From contig JBHGNT010000009.1 of assembly GCA_043228905.1 (NCBI GenBank), positions 13,454,001 to 13,518,000 of the forward strand: a stretch of DNA of 64,000 nucleotides. The letters run 5' to 3'. The notes beneath the pieces were generated by a model. The model did not search any database and was not told the origin of the DNA. It was given only the letters and a program-made list of their open reading frames with translations. Shown here one piece after another: positions 24,295-33,022 of this stretch; position 1 is the first letter of the stretch, and every line of letters starts with the position of its first letter. Source of the DNA: Azolla caroliniana. Taxonomy: Eukaryota; Plantae; Polypodiophyta. The translations under genes and the position numbers were made by a program.

Positions 24295-25700
24295 TCTGTC
24301 ATCAAGGTATTTTTGTTTACCCTAGATAAAATCAAATAAGTCGTTAAATTCCACGAAACTTAGGGCATTAATTTCTGGAATATGACTCAGGGCATCTGCA
24401 ACGGAATTCAAAGCCCCTTTTCGATATCTAATTTCGAAATCAAAGTCTTGCATCAACTCCGCCCATCTTGCCTTTCGACCCTCAAAATTCTTTTGAGAAA
24501 GGAAGTATTGCAAGGATTTGTGATCCATTAAAACAGTAAATTTACTACCATACAAATAATGTTGCCATTTCTTTAAGGCGTAAATGAAAGCAAATAATTT
24601 TTTTTCTTGAACCGAGTAATTTCTTTGGGCCAAATCCAATTTTTTGCTTTCAAAAGCAATCGGTCTCCCAATTTGAAATAATGCAGCCCCAATAGCATAA
24701 TCACTTGCATCCGTCTCAACTTCAAATGTTTGATTAGGATCAGGTATAGATAAAGTAGGTGCATTCACAATTAACGACTTCAACTTATTGAAGGTTTCTT
24801 CAAGAGAGGCATTCCACTCAATAGGTTTAGTGGACTTTCTTGTAATACCCTTCAACAGGTCCGTAAATGGTGCAGTGTAGGATGAATAGTTTTGAAGAGA
24901 TCTTCTTAGAAATCCAACAAATCCTAAGAAAGATCATAGTTCCTTAACATTTGAAGGTTGTGGCCAATTTAATGCCACTTCAATCTTTGATATATCAATA
25001 GATACACCCGACCTAGATATGTGGGGTCCAAGATATGTGATTTCCTTTTGAAAGAAATCACATTTAGATAGTTTGGCAAATAGCTTGTATTCACAAAGCT
25101 TGTCCAAAACTATTCGGACATGACTCACATGATCATCAAATGTATTACTATATACCATGATGTCATCAAGGAATACAACCACGAAATCACCAAGCTGATC
25201 TCTAAATATATCATTCATCAATTGTTGGAATGTGGTTGGAGCATCCGTCAACCGAAATGGTAGAACCCGAAACTCATAATGACCATAACGGGTTCGGAAA
25301 GCTGTTTTGGAAACATCTTCTTCCGAAACCCTAATCTGATGATAGCCAGTGCACAAGTCTATCTTAGTAAAATATCTTGCACTTTGGAGTCTATCTATCA
25401 AGTCATTAGAACGAGAAAAAGGGTAGGAATTGCGAATGGTGAGTTTCTTCAAACCTTTGTAATTCACACAAATTCGCCAAGTTCCATCCTTCTTCTTGGC
25501 TAAGATGACAGGAGCTCCCCATGGCGATTTACTGTACCGGATGTGTCTCATCCTCAAGTACTCCTTGATTTGTTGAGCAATTTCATCCTCTTCGGTTCGA
25601 CTCAACCGATATGGGGGTATGCTCACAAGTTTAGCGCCTGGAACCAAGTTTATCTTATGATCTATAGACCGAGAAGGAGGTAGTCCTTGAGGTAATTTAT
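24295..25700 (-). pseudogene. pol: Chromovirus RT and RNase H
   Basis: SPWGAPVIL, FTKIDL..GYHQI, KTAFRTRYGHYEF, VVVFLDDI, ETDASDYAIG. Confidence 0.92.
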
Positions 25701-25704
25701 CCGG

Positions 25705-26539
25705 TGTCGTAGTGTAGGTTGCACACTATGTGGAAATTATATTTTTGTCCCTCCGGATAGAGAATGGAGTGCTCGGTGAGAACCGGAAGAAAACGGCATA
25801 CTGGCAAGGAGGAAAAACGGCATACCGGCAAGGAGGAAAACGGCATACCGGCAAGGAAGAAAACGGCATACCGGCAAGGAAGAGCCGGATAAAGAGACAT
25901 AAATGTAAAAGGAAAGGAAATACTCACTACTGCGCAGGGCGTGATTCGAACTCTGCACCTCCACGTTGACAAACCCCAACCTTACCATTACATTAACTTA
26001 TCTTAAGTGTTTTAAATATAGATTTAATACGTATAAGACCTTTATTTATGCATACCTTTATTAAAAGGTAAATCGTGTATTTTTTTAATATATGAAAAAG
26101 AAAAACACGAGACACTAAAAAATAACTCATGCACATCTAGCGTGCATGAGCCCTATACTTAGGAAATAAAAAAGCATCACATGCACATTTAGTGGACATG
26201 AACACTTTTTGTAAAAAAAAAAAAAGCATGAAGCCATGCTTAGCTCTTCCTCCCTTATATAAGGAGGAGAGAAATATGTAAAGGGTTGTTGATTATTTGG
26301 ATTAAGGATTAATCAATACAAAAATTATTCGTGGGATTCACGATTTATACATCTACTTCTCTCTTAACACCCTAAGTACCAATTAATATAGTATACTCGT
26401 GTGATTCACGAGTTTCTTATCTTTCTCTTTGCTATTTACTCATAATTAATCTCTATCTCACGAACTTCTTTCTCCTAGTCCAAGACCTCTGTGGTTCCCA
26501 CCCGACTCACGCAACGATCCGGAGCCGAAAGGCACGACA
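25705..26539 (+). repeat. 5' LTR (835 bp) with 4 x ~23-bp U3 repeats and TATATAA at 26256
   Basis: TGTCGT..ACGACA ends; GGAAGAAAACGGCATACCGGCAA-type units at about 25785-25880. Confidence 0.97.
25943..25995 (-). promoter_or_regulatory. tRNA-like internal Pol III promoter module (A box and B box), antisense within the LTR
   Basis: TAATGTAATGGTAAG..GAGTTCGAATC here. Better consensus in the copy at 47181-47234 (TAGTACAATGG / GGTTCGAATC). Confidence 0.5.
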
Positions 26540-26543
26540 CAGT

Positions 26544-26561
26544 TGGTGAACCCGACGTGAA
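26544..26561 (+). promoter_or_regulatory. Primer binding site, tRNA-Trp
   Basis: TGGTGAACCCGACGTGAA. Confidence 0.85.
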
Positions 26562-26577
26562 GACGGGTGGCAAGGAG

Positions 26578-28617
26578 ATGGAGGCTCAACAAGCTAACAA
26601 TATGATGGCGATGTTCGAACGGATGCTTCAAGAACAACGCACGATGTTGGAGATTTCGGCATCAGTAGAGCGGCTCGTGCAACGCAACGGGCAATTTAAT
26701 GGTAAGGATGTGTCGCGATATTTGCAGGACTACAAGGCGGAGATGCTCCGGTGCCGGGCTTCGGAAGGACTGCAAGTGACATCCTTTAACCGGGTGGCGA
26801 CCGACGGGCTTCAAGGGAGTATCCACGGGTTGCAACAACAAAATCCGACGTGGGAAGCATTCGAAGAGGCGTTAAAGACCACGTTTGCCATCGAGGACTC
26901 CTCCAAGGCAACGCGGAGGGGATTCGAGGATTGGGTGGAAACGTCAGGTAAGGGGCTGAAGGTCCTCGAAGTGTTTTCGACATTCGAAAGTCGGTTCGGG
27001 AGGTTTTCCGCGAGAGATCAAACTATTCTTGCACCGGACAAAGTCATCATGTTTTTGCGAGCTGTGGACGTCCGGGACCGGAAAGATCTCGGAGTGCTTC
27101 TTGAGGACACGACCACCGAAAGCGGCATCACCGAAACATGGGAAAGCGTGCGGGATATCGTCGCGCGTTACACGAAGAGGGGGCAATGGCTTGCCAACGA
27201 AGAGAAGAGGGTTTCGGAACCGATTCTGAAACCGAGAACGGGACTGGAAGACCATCAACCGAGGGCTCGGGAGATTACGGCCGAGAAGGGAGTCGACGCG
27301 TCTACGGTGGAGCAGCTGCTAAAGGAGATGGAGAATCTAAAGATCGCGATGGTGAAGAAGTCGGATGACCGCCCCACAAGCTCCAAATATACGGATCGAC
27401 GGTGCATATGGTGCGATAGCGCCGAACACGATCGGAGGGATTGCGACGACCATAAGGAGGCGCTACGACGGGATCTCATCTACTACGAGGGAAACCAGAT
27501 TCATTCGATGGACTCTCGGAAGCCACTCCGACCGAACTTCCGGAAAGGCGGCATGAAGAAGGTGCTCGAGGAGGAGTTAGCGGCAAGAAGCAACTATGCG
27601 ACAACCGCGGGAATATGTGTCGGGGAGTCAACGGGAGCGAAGGCGTCTTTCTGGCCGGAGGTGCTAGGAAACACCGAGAAAACCGACTCCAACGATATCC
27701 GAAACACCGCGGAAGGCGTCCGGGAAGCTACGGGATGGGAGTGCCCTGTCGACAAGAATAGCATATACGCCCTGTGTCAATTACATGAGGTGTATGTGGA
27801 CGAGAAACGACGGCGCACGGAGGATGCGGCCGGACCATCGAAGATACCGGAAAGCTGGAACTCCGGAGGTAAGGGAAAAGAAAAGGCGACTCCGGCATTC
27901 AAGCTCGCCTCGGACATAGAACAACAAACCGACTTGAAAAGAGTGTTCGAGGAAAGAATCTTGGATAGCCGGGTAGATTTTTCGCTGCGGGAACTACTCG
28001 GAATAGCGAAGAAGGAGTTTCACGATCTTCTCGTGGATCTCGTGAAAAGGAAGAGACAAAGTACGGAGGAAAATGCTCCAAGGGTGAATGCAAATACCGT
28101 TTCAATGAACGACACCGAAGTGGAAGGCGAAATTCCGAACTCCCACTATACAAGGCCACACTGGGCACGTGCGACTACGGAGACTCCGGTCCGAATCGGC
28201 AACATCAAAGAACCCGTGCTAGCATTGATTGATCACGGATCGGAGATCAACTTGATGTCCAAGGAGTTCTACCGAAAGGGGAAGTGGCCTATAAACACCA
28301 ACCATGGATGGAAGATTCGGGCAGCCACGAAAACGACAGAAGACCTATTTGCGGCTTGTCCGGATGTGACGGTAAAGATCGGGGATGTCGAAATTGACCA
28401 AAATTTCTTTGTGCAGGATGAGGTTTCACATTCTGTCATCCTCGGCCAACCCTTTATCACGGCTTCACGGATGGAGACGAAGGTGCTCGATAGTGGTGCG
28501 GCTTTTGCGCGAATTCGGAGCCAAAACGGAGGGAAATCCGTCCAATTCCTAACGGTGCCGGCAAATCACGAAAGGAACAAGAGGGAACTCTTGTCCCAAG
28601 TGAGAATGGATTTTTAA
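26578..28617 (+). CDS. gag: Gag-protease polyprotein
   Basis: First ATG after the PBS; CIWCDSAEHDRRDC zinc knuckle; ALIDHGSEINL aspartic protease; VILGQPF. Confidence 0.92.
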   Translation: MEAQQANNMMAMFERMLQEQRTMLEISASVERLVQRNGQFNGKDVSRYLQDYKAEMLRCRASEGLQVTSFNRVATDGLQGSIHGLQQQNPTWEAFEEALKTTFAIEDSSKATRRGFEDWVETSGKGLKVLEVFSTFESRFGRFSARDQTILAPDKVIMFLRAVDVRDRKDLGVLLEDTTTESGITETWESVRDIVARYTKRGQWLANEEKRVSEPILKPRTGLEDHQPRAREITAEKGVDASTVEQLLKEMENLKIAMVKKSDDRPTSSKYTDRRCIWCDSAEHDRRDCDDHKEALRRDLIYYEGNQIHSMDSRKPLRPNFRKGGMKKVLEEELAARSNYATTAGICVGESTGAKASFWPEVLGNTEKTDSNDIRNTAEGVREATGWECPVDKNSIYALCQLHEVYVDEKRRRTEDAAGPSKIPESWNSGGKGKEKATPAFKLASDIEQQTDLKRVFEERILDSRVDFSLRELLGIAKKEFHDLLVDLVKRKRQSTEENAPRVNANTVSMNDTEVEGEIPNSHYTRPHWARATTETPVRIGNIKEPVLALIDHGSEINLMSKEFYRKGKWPINTNHGWKIRAATKTTEDLFAACPDVTVKIGDVEIDQNFFVQDEVSHSVILGQPFITASRMETKVLDSGAAFARIRSQNGGKSVQFLTVPANHERNKRELLSQVRMDF

Positions 28618-28671
28618 AGCGGACTGTTGCGGAGTGGGGAAGTGATAGTCCGAGAAGCCCTGATACCCCAC
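28608..28671 (+). promoter_or_regulatory. Putative -1 programmed ribosomal frameshift signal
   Basis: G GAT TTT heptamer directly before TAA, 6-nt spacer, 10-bp stem and potential pseudoknot; the -1 frame is open into pol. Confidence 0.7.
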
Positions 28672-31600
28672 ACAGGAAGAAAACTCTCGGAGCAAAACAA
28701 GTACGAATCGGCCCGGATGGGGCATCTACGTACACGGCCGTAACCGAAGGAATGAAGAAACAATACCGACAAGTGGAGGATAAGTTACGGTCGGCATCAA
28801 TAATAAAAGAAGACGAAGAAATCGTGGGAGCGATCGAGGAAGTGTTCTATGGGAATACACTACAACGGCTTGAAGAGCTTGCGGAAGATAAAAGCCAAGG
28901 GAACCGGGTAGTCCCGGTGGAATCGGTCGAGATGTACGAGATCGTTGCGAAAATGGGGCCGGATGCGCTCCGCAAAGAAGAAGCAATGGTAAGTACGAAA
29001 TACAAGACCGTGGAGAAGAAGGTAAAACCGGCCGCGGGACCACTACCCGCCGATAGCGAACAAAAGAGGAAAGAAGTCTCGGGAGATCCGACACTTCGGA
29101 AGACCGTGGATATCGGACATGCCTTCACAGATGAGACCCGAAAGAAACTTCGGATCGGTGGAGGTGGGTTCCTCTTACAAGAAGAAGAAAAACGGTTTCG
29201 AGAGATGTTGGAGCAACATGGCAAAGCATTCGCGTTCACATCGAGGGAGATCGGATGCATTGATCCAAAGATAGTGGAGCCGATGGTGATTTTCACGATT
29301 GATCATGTACCGTGGAACCTGAAGCCGATTCCGGTGCCACGGGCGCATATTCCGAAAGTCATCGACTTACTCAAGGAGAAGGTGGCGATGGGGATTCTAG
29401 AGCCATCAAGTGCTCCGTACTCAAATCGATGGTTTACGGTTCCGAAGAAGAATGGGTCACTCCGATTCATCCAAGACTTGCAACCGGTGAACAAGGTCAC
29501 GATCCGGAACTCGGGAGTCGGTCCGATAGTGGACGAATTCGCGGAAGCTTTTGCCGGACGTGTGATATACTCCATCGGGGACCTATACTCGGGGTATGAC
29601 CAATTCCAACTAGCCGTGGAGAGCCGAGACATCACTACCATGCGGACACCGATAGGACTAGTTCGAATGTGCACACTACCACAAGGAGCGACAAACTCGG
29701 TTGCACATATGATGAACACGATGAACAAGATGCTTCGAGATTGCATCCCGGAGATAACGATGCCGTTTCTAGATGACATTCCGATGAAAGGATGCGCGGT
29801 GGAAGAAAAAGATGAGACTATGGATGATCGGGGATGCCGAAAGTTCGTGGTCGACCATATTCATGATTGCGAGAAAGTGTTGCGAAAGCTAGAAGATGTG
29901 CACCTAACACTTTCCGGGGAGAAATCGGCATTCGGGCAAGAAGAAATATTGGTGGTCGGACATCTATGTGGACCCTACGGCCGAAGACCGTCACCAACAA
30001 AGATCGATGCGATTCAAGCTATGAAGGAAGTATGTGAGTCAACATCGGAAGTCCGAAGGTTTCTGGGTGCGTGTGCATTCTATCACATATGGATTCCGCA
30101 CTATGCACATATAGCGGACCCGCTCTATCACTTGTTGCGGAAAGGTAAGAAATTCGAGTGGAAACCGGAACACACTAAAGCCATGAGGAAGCTCAAGAAG
30201 ACACTATGGAGGGCGGAATCACTTAAGAAGCCAAGCTACGAGCGGCCAATCATAGTAACGGTTGATACAAGTCCAACCGGTATCGGGTGGGTCATCAATC
30301 AAGCCGACTCGGATGGTTCGCGGTATCCGATCCGATTTGGAGCAAAGGTCCTCAACGAAAGGCAACGCGGATATGCACAAGTCAAAAGAGAATTGTGGGG
30401 AGTCGTGTCGGCGATAAAATCGGATCGGGATTATTTGATCGGAGCTGAAGTGGTGATCGAGACGGATTGTCTTCCGATACTTGGGATGATGCGGTGTTGT
30501 ACGATACCGGATGTGGCTATGCTAAGGTGGATTGCATATGTCAAGTCACTTAATCCGGAGGTTCGACACATCTCGGGGAAGGACAACGCGGTAGCGGACA
30601 TGTTATCGAGGGCGCAGTTTGAAGACGACATAACCGAATCAGATAATGAAGAAGTTTCCGAAGACTACTTCACGTCAGAACACATATGCCGAGTGAACGT
30701 GATCCGAGAATTCCGGGAAGAAGAATACGAGGGGGAAACCTTGATGATCGGGAAGATGCTACAAGAGGTCGAGGATTCAACCAATGATAAAGAAAGGAGA
30801 GCCGAGATCCGAAGGAAGAAGAGGCAAGTCCAAAAGTTCTTCTTGGAAAACGGTTTAATATGGAGGACGCCGAAAAGACCGGATGGGATACCACTTCGAG
30901 TAGTCGGGACGAAAGAGCAACGAAACCGGATAATATCCGAGTTCCACGAATCCGATTGGGCTGGACATCGAGGAACATGGGCAACTTTTGTGAAAATCAA
31001 GCAAAGATATTGGTGGAAGAACATGTATAAAGATGTCGCGGAGTTCACAGAAAGCTGCGAGAAATGTCAAGTCTACTCCGGGGTCCGACACCGAGATGAG
31101 CTGCATCCGACATTCTCACCGACAATCAACTTCAAGTGGATGGTCGACATTGTAGCTATGCCGACCGGGATTGGACAAAAGAAATACTTGGTGTTAGCTC
31201 GAGAAGATCTCACAAACCAAGTTGAAGGTCGAGCGCTTCGGAGGAAAACGTGTGCCGCGGTGTGCCAATTTCTTTTGGAAGAAGTGTTTTGTAGGTACGG
31301 CTGCGTAGGACAAGTGATTGCGGACCGGGGAGAACTCGACTCGGACAAAGCTAGGGGATTCTTCGCCAAACATGGAGTTCGGTTAACGTTGACAACGGCC
31401 TACAATCCGGAGGCCAACGGGAAGATCGAACGAGGACATAGTCCGATCGTGAAAGCACTTGCGAAGGCATGCGACGGAAGGGTGAAGGATTGGCCACAAA
31501 TGCTTCCGTATGCACTATGGGCGGATCGGACGACGCATAGCTCCGTGACCGGTTACATGCCGGCAGAACTCATGACCGGACAAGCACCGGTAATGCCAAC

Positions 31601-32219
31601 GGAAACCGCAATCGCGACATGGACAATACTACCGTGGAAGGAAGAGATGAGCCGGGAAGAACTACTAGCGGTCCGGATACGACAACTGGAGGGAAGACCG
31701 AAAGATGTAGCGGAAGCGTCACGCCGACAACAAGAAGCACGGTTCCGGAACAAAAGCCGGTTCGACACAAAGCACCGACTACGACCGAGGAGGATTGAAG
31801 AAGGAGATTGGGTGATCGTCTATGATAGTAGCTTGGACCATCAACATACAACGATGCGGAAATTCGCGAAAAGGTGGTTCGGGCCGTACGAGGTTCGGAA
31901 GGTCTTCGACAACGGGACGTACCGACTGTCCGAGTTGGATGGAACAATACTACGAGTGCCTATAGCCGGGAAGCGGGTGAAGATTTTCAAGAAGCGGACC
32001 GACGACAAACCTTATGTGATCCAAGTCGAGGCCGACAACGAGGAGCAATCGGACGAAGACCACAATGATGCGGGAAGCGAAGAAAGTGGATTACAACTCA
32101 TAGTTGACATAAGGGGAGAATCGGAGGAAGCTTCGGATGAAGACGGATACGAAGAATCAAGAACTTCGGCACATACCGGAGGATGTGCGGGTTTGGAGGG
32201 GGCGAGTGTCGTAGTGTAG
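28614..32219 (+). CDS. pol: Pol: RT, RNase H, integrase (no chromodomain), probably reached by -1 frameshift; first ATG at 28752
   Basis: GDLYSGYDQF, LPQG, PFLDD, VDTS..KRE..ETDC..VADMLSR, H-H-C-C, D-D-E, WFGPY. The stop lies inside the 3' LTR. Confidence 0.95.
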   Translation, partial: LKRTVAEWGSDSPRSPDTPHRKKTLGAKQVRIGPDGASTYTAVTEGMKKQYRQVEDKLRSASIIKEDEEIVGAIEEVFYGNTLQRLEELAEDKSQGNRVVPVESVEMYEIVAKMGPDALRKEEAMVSTKYKTVEKKVKPAAGPLPADSEQKRKEVSGDPTLRKTVDIGHAFTDETRKKLRIGGGGFLLQEEEKRFREMLEQHGKAFAFTSREIGCIDPKIVEPMVIFTIDHVPWNLKPIPVPRAHIPKVIDLLKEKVAMGILEPSSAPYSNRWFTVPKKNGSLRFIQDLQPVNKVTIRNSGVGPIVDEFAEAFAGRVIYSIGDLYSGYDQFQLAVESRDITTMRTPIGLVRMCTLPQGATNSVAHMMNTMNKMLRDCIPEITMPFLDDIPMKGCAVEEKDETMDDRGCRKFVVDHIHDCEKVLRKLEDVHLTLSGEKSAFGQEEILVVGHLCGPYGRRPSPTKIDAIQAMKEVCESTSEVRRFLGACAFYHIWIPHYAHIADPLYHLLRKGKKFEWKPEHTKAMRKLKKTLWRAESLKKPSYERPIIVTVDTSPTGIGWVINQADSDGSRYPIRFGAKVLNERQRGYAQVKRELWGVVSAIKSDRDYLIGAEVVIETDCLPILGMMRCCTIPDVAMLRWIAYVKSLNPEVRHISGKDNAVADMLSRAQFEDDITESDNEEVSEDYFTSEHICRVNVIREFREEEYEGETLMIGKMLQEVEDSTNDKERRAEIRRKKRQVQKFFLENGLIWRTPKRPDGIPLRVVGTKEQRNRIISEFHESDWAGHRGTWATFVKIKQRYWWKNMYKDVAEFTESCEKCQVYSGVRHRDELHPTFSPTINFKWMVDIVAMPTGIGQKKYLVLAREDLTNQVEGRALRRKTCAAVCQFLLEEVFCRYGCVGQVIADRGELDSDKARGFFAKHGVRLTLTTAYNPEANGKIERGHSPIVKALAKACDGRVKDWPQMLPYALWADRTTHSSVTGYMPAELMTGQAPVMPTETAIATWTILPWKEEMSREELLAVRIRQLEGRPKDVAEASRRQQEARFRNKSRFDTKHRLRPRRIEEGDWVIVYDSSLDHQHTTMRKFAKRWFGPYEVRKVFDNGTYRLSELDGTILRVPIAGKRVKIFKKRTDDKPYVIQVEADNEEQSDEDHNDAGSEESGLQLIVDIRGESEEASDEDGYEESRTSAHTGGCAGLEGASVVV
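32169..32206 (+). promoter_or_regulatory. Conserved hairpin plus polypurine tract
   Basis: GCACAT-ACCGGAGG-ATGTGC, then GGAGGGGGCGAG abutting the LTR. Confidence 0.75.
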
Positions 32220-33018
32220 GTTGCACACTATGTGGAAATTATATTTTTGTCCCTCCGGATAGAGAATGGAGTGCTCGGTGAGAACCGGAAGAAAACGGCA
32301 TACTGGCAAGGAGGAAAAACGGCATACCGGCAAGGAGGAAAACGGCATACCGGCAAGGAAGAGCCGGATAAAGAGACATAAATGTAAAAGGAAAGGAAAT
32401 ACTCACTACTGCGCAGGGCGTGATTCGAACTCTGCACCTCCACGTTGACAAACCCCAACCTTACCATTACATTAACTTATCTTAAGTGTTTTAAATATAG
32501 ATTTAATACATATAAGACCTTTATTTATGCATACCTTTATTAAAAGGTAAATCGTGTATTTTTTTAATATATGAAAAAGAAAAACACGAGACACTAAAAA
32601 ATAACTCATGCACATCTAGCGTGCATGAGCCCTATACTTAGGAAATAAAAAAGCATCACATGCACATTTAGTGGACATGAACACTTTTTGTAAAAAAAAA
32701 AAAAGCATGAAGCCATGCTTAGCTCTTCCTCCCTTATATAAGGAGGAGAGAAATATGTAAAGGGTTGTTGATTATTTGGATTAAGGATTAATCAATACAA
32801 AAATTATTCGTGGGATTCATGATTTATACATCTACTTCTCTCTTAACACCCTAAGTACCAATTAATATAGTATACTCGTGTGATTCACGAGTTTCTTATC
32901 TTTCTCTTTGCTATTTACTCATAATTAATCTCTATCTCACGAACTTCTTTCTCCTAGTCCAAGACCTCTGTGGTTCCCACCCGACTCACGCAACGATCCG
33001 GAGCCGAAAGGCACGACA
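32207..33018 (+). repeat. 3' LTR (812 bp, 3 U3 repeat units)
   Basis: Direct repeat of 25705-26539. Confidence 0.97.
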
Positions 33019-33022
33019 CCGG

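Larger units (their letters stand above)
25705..33018 (+). mobile_element. Intact young non-chromovirus Ty3/Gypsy LTR retrotransposon (possibly the moss Phygy lineage), 4-bp TSD CCGG
   Basis: CCGG at 25701-25704 and 33019-33022. LTRs differ by one 23-bp repeat unit and about 2 transitions. Trp PBS, PPT and two open ORFs present. Confidence 0.96.

Noticed and set aside
25943-25995. Functional tRNA gene
   Set aside because: No acceptor or anticodon stem can be formed; retained only as a promoter-like module.
26491-26577. Upstream GTG start of the 708-aa ORF
   Set aside because: Lies within the LTR and PBS; the ATG at 26578 after the PBS is the plausible start.
28752-28754. Independent ATG start for pol
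   Set aside because: The frame is open back to the slippery site, so frameshifting is the simpler reading; not strictly excluded.
32954-33022. C-terminal extension of the 390-aa minus-strand ORF
   Set aside because: Read-through into the nested element's LTR; the same peptide ends ORF 51174-51413.
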